32,000 bases of DNA from Wolbachia endosymbiont of Dirofilaria (Dirofilaria) immitis (GTDB taxonomy: Bacteria > Pseudomonadota > Alphaproteobacteria > Rickettsiales > Anaplasmataceae): positions 690,001-722,000 of the forward strand of contig NZ_CP046578.1 of assembly GCF_013365455.1 (NCBI RefSeq), read 5' to 3'. The translations under genes and the position numbers were made by a program. The notes under the pieces are model-generated. The model worked only from the letters and a program-made list of their open reading frames with translations, searched no databases and was not told the DNA's origin. Below, in pieces: positions 9,169 through 27,766 of this stretch; the stretch's first letter is position 1, and the number at the start of each line of letters is the position of its first letter.

Positions 9169-9702
9169 GTGAAGCGTAAAAGTAAGGATGAGTTTATACA
9201 AAACATAACAAACGTGTTTACAAACAATGATTTTTTAATACTGGTAAGTTTTAAATCTATAAATGCTAACGATTTATTAACTTTCAGGAACAAGCTAAAG
9301 TCTATGGCAGGCGGGATGTTAGTAGTCAAAAATACTCTAGCCCGTTTAGCTTTAGAAAGAGCTAGTAAGTTTTCTTATCTCTCAGATAGGTTTTTTGGTC
9401 CAGTTGCTATTATATACTCTAATGGTATAGTGAAAGCTACAAAACTGGTAGTTGATTTTACTAGTGCTAATAAAGAGAAGATGTCTGTGATTTGTGCAGC
9501 TCATTTAAATCAATTGCTTACAGTAAAGGATGTCAATAAATTGGCTAAATTGCCTTCTTTAGATAAGTTGCATATTAAAATTATGCGTTTAATATCTTAT
9601 AATATCCCTGCTCGATTAGCGTTATCTATCAACTCACCATTCATGAGGTTTATGAGAGTGTTGGATTATTATAATTCTAAAAATAAATTTATTAATAATT
9701 AA
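9169..9702 (+). CDS. rplJ: 50S ribosomal protein L10
   Basis: 177 aa. GTG start preceded by GGGAG. ...FRNKLKSMAGGMLVVKNTLARLALE... is L10-like. Position between rplA and rplL. Confidence 0.9.
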   Translation: MKRKSKDEFIQNITNVFTNNDFLILVSFKSINANDLLTFRNKLKSMAGGMLVVKNTLARLALERASKFSYLSDRFFGPVAIIYSNGIVKATKLVVDFTSANKEKMSVICAAHLNQLLTVKDVNKLAKLPSLDKLHIKIMRLISYNIPARLALSINSPFMRFMRVLDYYNSKNKFINN

Positions 9703-10113
<411 letters not shown>

Positions 10114-10169
10114 GATGTTTGTTTTAGTATATTAGCTATATATTGATGCAGCATTTTCAGTTAGTTTGA

Positions 10170-18701
<8,532 letters not shown>

Positions 18702-19078
18702 ATGAACAACCAGAGCAGTGTTTAATAAGCATATACCATCGCATATATATCATATATAGCAGTTTATTGAATGTCTAGTATAGTTTTAAAATGCTTATTG
18801 TTCAAATTCAGGCACACAATTCCTCTACCGTAAATACCAAATTTACAAACTATTGGTATTCTCACGCTTTTCATCTATAATCTAGAATCAACGTTTCAAG
18901 CAGCTGTTCTTAACTTAAAGTACATAACTATATGTCACAATATTAGCTTTCAAAAATGTATCAAAATGCTGAGAGTCATAAGTTTGACAAAAAAAATCTT
19001 ACGGCATTACTCTGTAATAAGCCATAAGCAAGAACTATTAACTTTTGCACAAAAGTGTTATGATAATTACAGTAATAC

Positions 19079-19870
19079 ATGGAAAACATGAATATAACTA
19101 TACATTCACAAGAAGACTTTGATTTTATGCGCAAAGCTGGCAGGTTAGCAGCTGAAACTCTTGATTTTACTGCACCGTATGTAAAGGCAGGGATAACAAC
19201 TAATGAGTTAAATGACTTATGTCATGACTTTATAACCAAAGCAGGCGCAATTCCAGCCCCACTTAATTACAAAGGATATCCTAAGTCAATTTGTACCTCA
19301 AAAAATGCTGTTGTCTGTCATGGTATTCCTGATAATAAACCACTCAAGAGCGGAGATATTTTAAATATAGATGTTACAGTAATTTTAGATGGCTGGCATG
19401 GTGATACAAGCCGCATGTTTTGGGTTGGTAAACCATCAATAAAAGCAAGACGTTTATGTGATGCAACCTATGGTGCATTGATGGAAGCAATAAAACAAGT
19501 CAAGCCTGGCAATAAATTAAATAAAATAGGACTTGCTATAGAAAAATATATTGAAGATTTTGGATATTCTATAGTACGTAACTACTGCGGACATGGTATA
19601 GGAAAAGTCTTCCATGCCCTGCCAAATGTATTACATTTTTATGACAGGAATGAAAATCTTATCTTAAAGGAAGGCATGTTTTTTACAATAGAACCTATGA
19701 TCAACGCTGGGAAGCATGAAACCTTGCTCAGTAAGTTTGACGGCTGGACAGTAACAACATGCGACCTTTCACTTTCTGCACAATTTGAGCACACGCTTGG
19801 AGTAACAAAAGATGGTGTTGAAATATTTACATTATCACCCAAGGACTGGCACTTCCCTCCTTATAACTAA
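19079..19870 (+). CDS. map: methionine aminopeptidase, type I
   Basis: 263 aa: VVCHGIP, DVTVILDGWHGDTSRMF, YCGHGIG..FH, FTIEPMIN and SAQFEHT metal-ligand motifs. Confidence 0.95.
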   Translation: MENMNITIHSQEDFDFMRKAGRLAAETLDFTAPYVKAGITTNELNDLCHDFITKAGAIPAPLNYKGYPKSICTSKNAVVCHGIPDNKPLKSGDILNIDVTVILDGWHGDTSRMFWVGKPSIKARRLCDATYGALMEAIKQVKPGNKLNKIGLAIEKYIEDFGYSIVRNYCGHGIGKVFHALPNVLHFYDRNENLILKEGMFFTIEPMINAGKHETLLSKFDGWTVTTCDLSLSAQFEHTLGVTKDGVEIFTLSPKDWHFPPYN

Positions 19871-20414
19871 GCCGCCTTGCAGATATTACTCTGTATCTGT
19901 CTATGATAGCAGTAAAATTTACTTTAAAAGCTAAATAAAATAGCTGTTGTCTATTTCCCTGTCGATTTTAAGGATGATTTTTTTATACGGTGACTCTTAT
20001 AGTCTTGCTAATAAGTTTTATTAGCAACTAAGTCTGAGAAAAAGAATCAAGAGTAGTAAACACTTCTATATTTACTGACAAAGCCTAGAGCAAGAATTAC
20101 AATGATTACCGTAACTTTTTCCTTATCACTAATTAATTATATCTGCTGCTAATGCCTAAAGACCTAGATAGATTTTCCCTTCTTTATTGAAACATTACTC
20201 CACATTCTAGATTATACAGAGAACTTTCTTAGGTATCAAAATAGCTAAGATATTATAAAAATATCTCTAAAAATTAGAGAAGCCACGTACTTCACTATTT
20301 TAAATAGCGAAAACTGGAATTAGTAGGCATATTAATTACCCTTTTGTCATATCAAGCTCTTTCAAGTATATCCACTTTTCAGACCACTTTCTCTTACTCT
20401 CTACATTTGAGTTC

Positions 20415-21689
20415 TTAAAGAACAGAAGAGCATACTTTCTGCAGCACTTTGCTTTTCCCTTTAAAAGGATCAATCTTTTTCTTACTATATTTAATTTTCA
20501 GTGCATCTGATCCTTTAAAGAACTTTTTTCTACCACTATATTTTTTGAACTGTACATTACAATCAAAATTTGGTTCTCCTTCCGTTCTTGAAAGTGCAGG
20601 CAGCCTTCTTTCATCTTGAGGTGTGACAAAAGATAACGCATGTCCTTCAGCTCCAGCTCGTGCAGTCCTACCTATACGATGGATATAGTCAGCCTGCGAT
20701 TGTGGTACATCATAATTGATAACATGTTGAACGTGGGGAATATCAAGACCACGAGAAGCAACATCTGTCGCAACCATAATTTGATTGTAGCCATGACGAA
20801 AAGAATTGATAACCCTTGCACGTTTGTGCTGCCTTAAATCACCATGAATTGCCAAAGCACTATAGTTATCTTTGCGCAATTTGCTAGCTAATTGATCTGC
20901 TCCTTGTTTTGTTTTGACAAAAATAATGATTGACCCTTCACATTGACATAACTGTGCAATAAGCTTACCATATTTTTCAAGCTCTGATGCATAAACAACC
21001 TCTTGCTTAACTTTTGTAGAAACCGTGACCTCATACTCAATAAAAATATACTCCGGTTGATCAAGGTATTCCGCAGCAAGCTTTACTATATTACTAGGAA
21101 GAGTTGCAGAGAACATAAGGGTTTGTCGTATTTTTGGAAGATATTTCATAATTTCTTCAACTTGAACCCCAAAACCCATATCAAACATACGATCTGTTTC
21201 ATCAAGCACAAGAGTATTAAAATTGCGGGCTACTAAAGCTCTACGTTCAATATGGTCTATAATACGACCAGGAGTACCTATCACAATTCGTGGCTTTCTC
21301 CGAAGCTGACTTAGCTGCTTAAAAATAGGCTCACCACCAATTAGCAAGGCAATTTTTAACACAGAATCTTGAGATAAGAGCTTTTTCATTTCATTCATTA
21401 TCTGCTGTGCAAGCTCTCTAGTTGGCACAATGATTAAAGCTGAACTAACAGTAGAATCATTTAATAACTTAGCAATCAACGGAATAGCAAACGCTAAAGT
21501 CTTTCCAGTCCCTGTTTGAGCAGAACCAAGAATATCTTTACCTTGTAGAGCCAGAGGAATCGCCTGTGTTTGAATAGGAGTTGGGATAAAAAAATTAAGT
21601 TTATCCAGAATTTGCTTAAGTGAAACTGGAAGATCCATCTCGTGAAAGCTGCTTATAGATTTGTTAAAAACCCCTACCATCAAAATCAA
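20415..21689 (-). CDS. DExD-box ATP-dependent RNA helicase (RhlE/DeaD-like)
   Basis: Q motif PTPIQTQAIP, motif I AQTGTGKT, Ia PTRELA, Ib TPGR, II VLDETD (Thr in place of the Ala of DEAD), III SAT, V ATDVASRGLDI, VI HRIGRTARAG, and a basic C-terminal tail. The ORF-track start at 21689 is TTG. An ATG at 21680 (MVGVF...) is the more likely start. Confidence 0.9.
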   Translation of the reverse strand: MILMVGVFNKSISSFHEMDLPVSLKQILDKLNFFIPTPIQTQAIPLALQGKDILGSAQTGTGKTLAFAIPLIAKLLNDSTVSSALIIVPTRELAQQIMNEMKKLLSQDSVLKIALLIGGEPIFKQLSQLRRKPRIVIGTPGRIIDHIERRALVARNFNTLVLDETDRMFDMGFGVQVEEIMKYLPKIRQTLMFSATLPSNIVKLAAEYLDQPEYIFIEYEVTVSTKVKQEVVYASELEKYGKLIAQLCQCEGSIIIFVKTKQGADQLASKLRKDNYSALAIHGDLRQHKRARVINSFRHGYNQIMVATDVASRGLDIPHVQHVINYDVPQSQADYIHRIGRTARAGAEGHALSFVTPQDERRLPALSRTEGEPNFDCNVQFKKYSGRKKFFKGSDALKIKYSKKKIDPFKGKSKVLQKVCSSVL

Positions 21690-21690
21690 G

Positions 21691-21945
21691 TTAACCTTCT
21701 AACAACTTTAAGTTTATTGCAGATTTTCTCTCTTCTCCATTTTTACCACGCTCCTCCCTGAGCTCATAGCTCACCCTTTCCCCTTTTATTCCCTTTTCCT
21801 TATTTTCCCCTTTAAGAGAGTCAGGCCTGATCCCTGAACGCTCTAATGTACTAATGTGCACAAAAACATCACTACCCTTAGCTTCTGGTTTAATAAAACC
21901 ATAACCTTTTTCAGTACTAAACCACTTTATATTACCAAATTCCAT
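21691..21945 (-). CDS. cold-shock domain protein (CspA family) with loop insertions
   Basis: 84 aa. GNIKWFSTEKGYGFIKPE..GSDVFVHIS contains the RNP1 (KGYGFI) and RNP2 (VFVHIS) motifs. The C-terminal half is longer than in a typical ~70-aa Csp (DSLKGENKEKGIKGE, REERGKNGEERK). Confidence 0.85.
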   Translation of the reverse strand: MEFGNIKWFSTEKGYGFIKPEAKGSDVFVHISTLERSGIRPDSLKGENKEKGIKGERVSYELREERGKNGEERKSAINLKLLEG

Positions 21946-22122
21946 TTAAACAACCCTTAAAACTATTAACTAGTATTACTAACGTGACAAAAAACTTTGA
22001 AATTACAATTAAAAATGCTTGAAGCTTAGCTATTGAAACTAACCCCCATATACTTCATAGTCTCTATTCCAACATTACATGATTATAGTACACAACTATT
22101 GTATTTAATGCAACTAGAATTT

Positions 22123-23457
22123 CTAATTACCGAGCGAACCTGCAACTGTCATTTCACTAACTCTAATCGTTGGCGAATTAAACTGCCCACAAAAAGTTAA
22201 ATCGTTTGCAACAACTAAGTTAGCAAACATATCTTTTAAGTTACTAGCAATAGTAACCTCGTGTACTGGATATGTTATTTTCCCATTCTCTATAAAAAAA
22301 CCTGATGCACCTTGACTGTAATCACCATTAACTAAGTTAATACCAAAACCAAATAAATCAGTTACATATACTCCCTCCTTCACTTCCTCAATTAATTCTT
22401 CAAACGATACATTACCATTTTCAATATAGAAGTTACTAGCCGCAGGAATGATTGCAGCGTTGCTTGCACGCATTGCGTTTCCAGTTGTTTCTAAGTTCAG
22501 TTTTTTAGCTGAGTATAGATCTAAAATCCAATTTTGTAGCACTCCGTTCTTTATAAGTGCGTTTTTTTTACTAATCACCCCCTCTCCATCAAAAGGCCTT
22601 GATTCTGTACCCTTTAGTAATAATGGGTTATCAGTAATATTAACTCTATCACTAAAAACCTGAGTATTTAAACTATTTCTCAAGAAAGAACTGTTACTTA
22701 CAATACTACTGCCATTTACAGCAGAAGCAAAACTTTTCACTAGTTCTTTTGCTGCTCTTTTTTCAAAAATAACTGGAAGTTTACCAGTCTTAATTGAACG
22801 TGAATTCAATTGATCAATTGCTCTTTTCGCTGCTTCTTTTCCTATTAACTTTGGCGATTTTAAATCTTTGAAATTACACGCTATATCATAACTATAGCCA
22901 GCCTTCATTTTACTTTTCTCTCCAGCAATAATAGAAACCCAGTTAGCAAAGGTTGATTTACTAAATGAGCCAATAAACCCAGAAACAGTAAATAATACTG
23001 TATTTACTAAAGTATATGAAGCAGAAGCTCCTTCAGAATTAACTATTTTCTCATACAAAAAAGCTGAACTTTCCGCAGCTTCAGCAATTTCTTTTAGATT
23101 ATCAATAGTTATAATATTATTATCTAAGATACCTAAATCCGCAGAAGAAGTATAACCACCTCCATCTACAGCAAAATTAATGTAGGGGTCCTCCGGTGCA
23201 TTCTCTGCCATCTCTACTACTTGGCTCACCGTATTACTAAGATTGTTTAAATCATTCGTAGAAATATATGCAGCTTTGGTTTTGCCTGCTATAGCTCTGA
23301 TTCCTACAGTGCAATTTTTAGATTGTGATATTTGTTCAATTTTTGAGAGGCGTTGAGAAACTGAAATTTTGTTAATTTCATATATTGAAACTTCTGCATC
23401 TTGATTTTTCTCTTTCACTAGCTTTACAATATCCGCTGCAATATTTAATATATTCAT
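22123..23457 (-). CDS. pmbA: PmbA/TldE family metalloprotease component
   Basis: 444 aa with the TldD/PmbA-family C-terminal pattern (..GDYSQGASGFFIENGKITYPV.EVTIA.NL..M..). No HExxxH motif is present, which favours PmbA over TldD. Confidence 0.8.
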   Translation of the reverse strand: MNILNIAADIVKLVKEKNQDAEVSIYEINKISVSQRLSKIEQISQSKNCTVGIRAIAGKTKAAYISTNDLNNLSNTVSQVVEMAENAPEDPYINFAVDGGGYTSSADLGILDNNIITIDNLKEIAEAAESSAFLYEKIVNSEGASASYTLVNTVLFTVSGFIGSFSKSTFANWVSIIAGEKSKMKAGYSYDIACNFKDLKSPKLIGKEAAKRAIDQLNSRSIKTGKLPVIFEKRAAKELVKSFASAVNGSSIVSNSSFLRNSLNTQVFSDRVNITDNPLLLKGTESRPFDGEGVISKKNALIKNGVLQNWILDLYSAKKLNLETTGNAMRASNAAIIPAASNFYIENGNVSFEELIEEVKEGVYVTDLFGFGINLVNGDYSQGASGFFIENGKITYPVHEVTIASNLKDMFANLVVANDLTFCGQFNSPTIRVSEMTVAGSLGN

Positions 23458-23475
23458 TTTATCCTCTCAGGTTTT

Positions 23476-24348
23476 TTATAAAGATTCTGCACCACCTACT
23501 ACTTCAATCAAATCTGTTGTAATTGCTGTTTGACGAGAACGATTGTAAAGCAGAGTTAATTTATTTAACATTTCTTTAGTATTTCTATTTGCTGATTCCA
23601 TAGCAACCATTCTAGCGCTGTTCTCACTTACTGCACTTTCAAGTGAAGCAGAGTAAAGAGCAGCTATAACGTAATCCTGAATCAAAGATTGTAAAATAAA
23701 TTCAGTATTTTGTGGCTCACACTCAGAGCTATAATCTATTATAGAAGTAGCTAAAGAACTATCAATCAAAGATGAGACTTTACTCCATGGCTTTATTGTT
23801 TCCAATATTGGTTTTTGTGTTAAGGAGTTATAAAATTTATTATAGAAAACTTTGATTTCATTGTATTTACTAAAATTAATACTATTAACTAAAAATTCTA
23901 CTCTTCTGAACGTAATTCCCTTACTATTTTCAATCTTCAAAATACCTTTAGGATCAAACCTATTTTTACTCATATCAAAAGCTTTATTGCCAAGAAATAT
24001 AACATCTACTTTTTTACCATTCGCAATTAATCTATTAATATTTTCTTGACTAAACCTTACAATAGAAGAATTAAAATTACCACATAAGCCACGGTCAGAT
24101 GCAATAATAAATACCAGACAAGTACTGCTACCATCAATATTTAAAATCTTTGTTAGCAGTTCTTGATCAACTGACACCAGCAATGAAGAAACAATGTTAT
24201 GCAGCTTAGATATATACAATTTTGAACTTGATAACCTTTTTTTACTCTGCAATAACTTTGCTGCAGAAACCATTTGCATTATCTTCGTGATTTTTTGCAC
24301 AGACTTAATATTCTTAATCCTTAAAGATAATTCCTTTAAGCTCTTCAT
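23476..24348 (-). CDS. atpG: F1 ATP synthase gamma subunit
   Basis: 290 aa: N-terminus [32 protein letters not shown] and C-terminus [19 protein letters not shown], the canonical gamma termini. The pmbA start is only 18 nt downstream, so co-transcription is likely. Confidence 0.92.
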   Translation of the reverse strand: MKSLKELSLRIKNIKSVQKITKIMQMVSAAKLLQSKKRLSSSKLYISKLHNIVSSLLVSVDQELLTKILNIDGSSTCLVFIIASDRGLCGNFNSSIVRFSQENINRLIANGKKVDVIFLGNKAFDMSKNRFDPKGILKIENSKGITFRRVEFLVNSINFSKYNEIKVFYNKFYNSLTQKPILETIKPWSKVSSLIDSSLATSIIDYSSECEPQNTEFILQSLIQDYVIAALYSASLESAVSENSARMVAMESANRNTKEMLNKLTLLYNRSRQTAITTDLIEVVGGAESL

Positions 24349-24488
24349 TCCATGAATAACTACGATCTACCAAAGAGTACAATTGTTCATTTAAAAAAAC
24401 AAGTTTTTTAACACAAAGAGGACACAAGATACATAGTATTAGAATTAGTGTTTATAATGTTACCTAAGTAGTTAATACTAGAAATTTT

Positions 24489-24770
24489 AAAAAAGAAATA
24501 CAGGTTGCAGTTCCTACATGTTGACAATGCCATCTGTTGTAAAAACAAATATTTACCTATAATTGTGATTAACTATAAATACTTAAGAAGCTTACTAAGT
24601 AGAAAAAAGGTAAAAGAAACCTCTTGGCAGCTGGTTATTTATTTTCTAACTCTGAAAGCTAACATTTTACACTATCTTAAACAATTTATAAGCACGCTTC
24701 AGTTTAAAAAACCTAAAAGCCTTTAGGTCAAATCTAATAAAGCCATGAATCACAGATAGTGTAAAAAAAC
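24489..24770. repeat. copy B of the diverged ~280-bp noncoding dispersed repeat (partner at 1648..1923)
   Basis: See copy A. It lies between the mutL stop and the atpG start. The track ORF 24505..24726 lies inside it and is interrupted by stops in copy A. Confidence 0.6.
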
Positions 24771-24978
24771 TAAATATAAGATATTAACCAAATATATAAC
24801 TTTCATTATTTAACCTGCATAGCTTTAAAATAATTAAATATTTTCGTTGCCATGAAGAGAAAATTGGCAAGTTTTACCAAGTAGTTCTATGACTGTACTC
24901 GAATTTATGAAGTCAAAATGTTTGTGCAGTGTAGATAATAAGGAACAAGTACTAAAATTATAAGTTTACAGCACCTTC

Positions 24979-26860
24979 TCACTTCCGCTCAAACAATTTT
25001 TCAATATCACTTAGTTTCATTTCTATATAAGTTGGCCTTCCGTGGTTACACTGTCCAGAATATGGCGTCTCTTCCATCTGCCTAAGTAGCATATCCATTT
25101 CTTCCAATTCCATTTTTCTGCCAGCTCTAATTGACCCACGGCAAGCAACCGTAGCTAATATCTTATTCACTCTATCTTCTATTGGTAAAGTATCTTCCAT
25201 TTCTGTTAATCTATCAACTATACTCATCAGCATCTCCTTCACATCTATTATCCCCAAAATTGCAGGTATTTCTCTTACTACGATTTCATTCTCTGATTTG
25301 ATTTCAATATCAAAACCTATTTCAAAAAGCTTATCTTTATAAATTTCAACCATCTCTATTCCAGATTGATTTTTAATCTCAACCGCTTCAGGAAGAAGAA
25401 GCTTCTGTCTTTTTATGCTTGACTTTCGTTTTAAACACTCATAAATTAACCTCTCGTGAGCTGCATGCTGATCAACTATAATCAATTTATCTCTAGCCTC
25501 AGCAATAATATAAACATTATAAACCTGACAACGTGCAAAACCGAGAGGATAGCTTTTTATCAAATTAATTTGTTCCTCTTCTAGAACCATAGTCTTTACC
25601 TGTGACAGAGATTTTCGCACACCATCATAACCACCAAATGACTCCCACCGCTTCAACAAGCTTTTCTTCCCCTTATTTGGTAAACTAAATCTTTCCATTA
25701 TCCGACTTTCTAAATAGCTTGAGCTTGGCTTTTTTTTGTAAAATCTTTCGTGAGTACCAGTTACACTAGGTAACACACCTTTAATAAAACTATCTGTTAT
25801 TGAAGTAACTGGATGCTGAAATTTAGTGCAGATTCCAGAGTTATACATTGAAACGACATCAGAGACACCTATTTTCCTTGATAATGCTTTTATTAACTCT
25901 CTTGTTACTATCTCATATATAGCCCTCTTATTCTGAAACCTCACCTCTAATTTGTTCGGATGCACATTTACATCCACCTGGTCATATGGTAACTCTAAAT
26001 GTAACGCTACAAAGGGGTACCTATTACTCGGAATAAAATCATGATACGCATATCGAATTGCACTAATCAATAGATCGTCTTTAATTGGTCTCCTATTAAC
26101 AAACGTATAGATTATAGTTGACTTACTACGATTAACAGTTGGCTTACAGATGTGTCCTATAAGTCTAATACCGTCTTTTTCTCCATCAATTCTCAAAGCA
26201 TTACCCTGAAACTCCTCTTCTATTTCACATAATCTACTAAATAATGAAGCCTGCTTAGGGTATTTCAAGAGCTTTTTATTGTCTGAAGTGAGATTAAACC
26301 CAATATCATAGTTGATCATTGCTAAGTTATTTATAATATCAACAATGTTTTGAGTTTCTGCTCTTTCAGTCTTTAAAAATTTCAGTCTATTTGGAGTAGC
26401 AAAAAATAAATCACGAACTTCAACGTGCGTACCCTGAGATAAAGAGCAAGGAGTAATCTCTAGTACTCTTTCTCCACCCTCATAACTTATAGACCAAGCT
26501 TCACTTTCTCCTCTTACTCTAGACGATAATTTTACCCTACTTACTGCTGCTATCGATGGTAGCGCCTCCCCCCTAAAGCCAAGATGCTTAATTTCCATTA
26601 ATTTACTATCGTTCACAATTTTGAAGTAGTATAGCGCATAATGCAAGTTCCAAATCACTCTTCCCTATTCCACTCCCATTATCTATCAACAGTATATAAG
26701 ATTAGCACACCACTTTCTATTTTAATCTCTATCTTTGAACTCCCAGCATCTATTGCATTTTCTACTAGTTCCTTAACTACACTTGCTGGCTTCTCAATTA
26801 CTTCTCCTGCTTGCTAGCTATACGATTTATGGTTTTTGCATCTAAAAGAACTATTGCCAT
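24979..26860 (-). pseudogene. mutL: DNA mismatch repair protein MutL, 5' ATPase region disrupted by four frameshifts (distal 559-codon frame still open)
   Basis: The reverse complement from ATG 26860 reads MAIVLLDAKTINRIA. The conserved [34 protein letters not shown].., [22 protein letters not shown] and [20 protein letters not shown] then each appear in a different frame. The open distal part has the MutL endonuclease motifs [21 protein letters not shown] and CNHGRPT. Confidence 0.8.
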
Positions 26861-26867
26861 TGGTCTG

Positions 26868-27359
26868 TCATAGCACTGGTTTTTCTTTTACTGAATCGGT
26901 TTGTTTTTTTCTCCATTTTTTCAACCTACCTGCAATTTCACTGTTAGAAATTGATAATATAGATGCAGCAGCAATAGCAGCATTGTATGCCCCATTTTCT
27001 CCTACAGACATTGTTGCAACCGGAACACCCTTTGGCATCTGCACTATAGATAATAGACTATCCAACCCACTCAACTCTTTACTATACATAGGAACACCAA
27101 CAACAGGCAAATAAGTAAGCGACGCCACCATACCAGGTAAATGAGCTGCTCCCCCTGCACCAGCTATAATAATTTTATAACCCTTTTCTTGCGCAGATTT
27201 AGCAAAATTAAAGAGTCTTTCTGGTGTCCTATGCGCAGATATTATAAATATATCATGTGAAATTTCTAATGCCTCTAACATGTCAACAGTATAAACCATA
27301 GTGCTATAGTCTGACTGGCTTCCCATAATTACAGCAACATCCTTCCCCATTTCTGCCAT
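26868..27359 (-). CDS. purE: N5-carboxyaminoimidazole ribonucleotide mutase (class I PurE)
   Basis: 163 aa: [31 protein letters not shown] and PVVGVP motifs. Its stop lies 7 nt upstream of the ancestral mutL ATG. Confidence 0.92.
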   Translation of the reverse strand: MAEMGKDVAVIMGSQSDYSTMVYTVDMLEALEISHDIFIISAHRTPERLFNFAKSAQEKGYKIIIAGAGGAAHLPGMVASLTYLPVVGVPMYSKELSGLDSLLSIVQMPKGVPVATMSVGENGAYNAAIAAASILSISNSEIAGRLKKWRKKQTDSVKEKPVL

Positions 27360-27647
27360 ATTAAATATAATTCATCTACTAACTAAACAATACCTAAGTT
27401 AAAAACAACAAATATTTGAACTATATTACGAGCAATAGTATATAATATCTTCGTTAAAATAAAAATTATAAGTAAGTACCTATATTTTATAAGATATAGA
27501 ACATAAATTTCTCTTTTCTCACACAAGATAAAAAAATTCACTCTAAGTTTTATAGTTATTACTTGTTCTTGCTATGAATGACCTTTTTAGATTAAATAAC
27601 GATTTAAGATTAAGATAAATTTGATAAAAATATCAATAGATAATAAA

Positions 27648-27714
27648 CTCAAAGTCCTGAGTATTAATATCATATAATTATTCAGCACAAGTTATATGAT
27701 ATTAATACTTTGAG
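27648..27714. repeat. long imperfect palindrome, candidate operator upstream of the XRE-type gene
   Basis: A perfect 18-bp inverted repeat, agtattaatatcatataa (27660-27677) and ttatatgatattaatact (27692-27709), separated by 14 nt. The arms extend to 23 bp (ctcaaagt...actttgag) if a 7-nt insertion in the left arm is ignored. The right arm abuts a possible promoter: TTGAGA (27710-27715), 16 nt, TAATGT (27732-27737). Confidence 0.55.
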
Positions 27715-27766
27715 ATATTAAATTTATGTTGTAATGTTTTACAGAGCTATTAATAGGTGAGTGTAT

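Noticed and set aside
19006-19895. The 11-nt direct repeat attactctgta flanks map (19006-19016 and 19885-19895), suggesting insertion-site duplication
   Set aside because: A single 11-mer shared between two AT-rich spacers of 400-500 nt is only marginally unexpected. There are no inverted repeats, integrase or tRNA target, and map is a core gene.
21190-21201. Helicase motif II reads DETD instead of DEAD
   Set aside because: The third position is variable within the DExD/H superfamily and all other motifs are intact. This is not evidence of inactivation.
24505-24726. 73-codon ORF in the mutL-atpG spacer
   Set aside because: It starts with TTG and lies wholly within repeat copy B. The homologous stretch in copy A is broken by several stops, so the conserved unit is not protein-coding.
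26836-27114. 92-codon + strand ORF overlapping purE
   Set aside because: It is antisense to a clear class I PurE frame. It also spans the purE-mutL junction and has no motifs.
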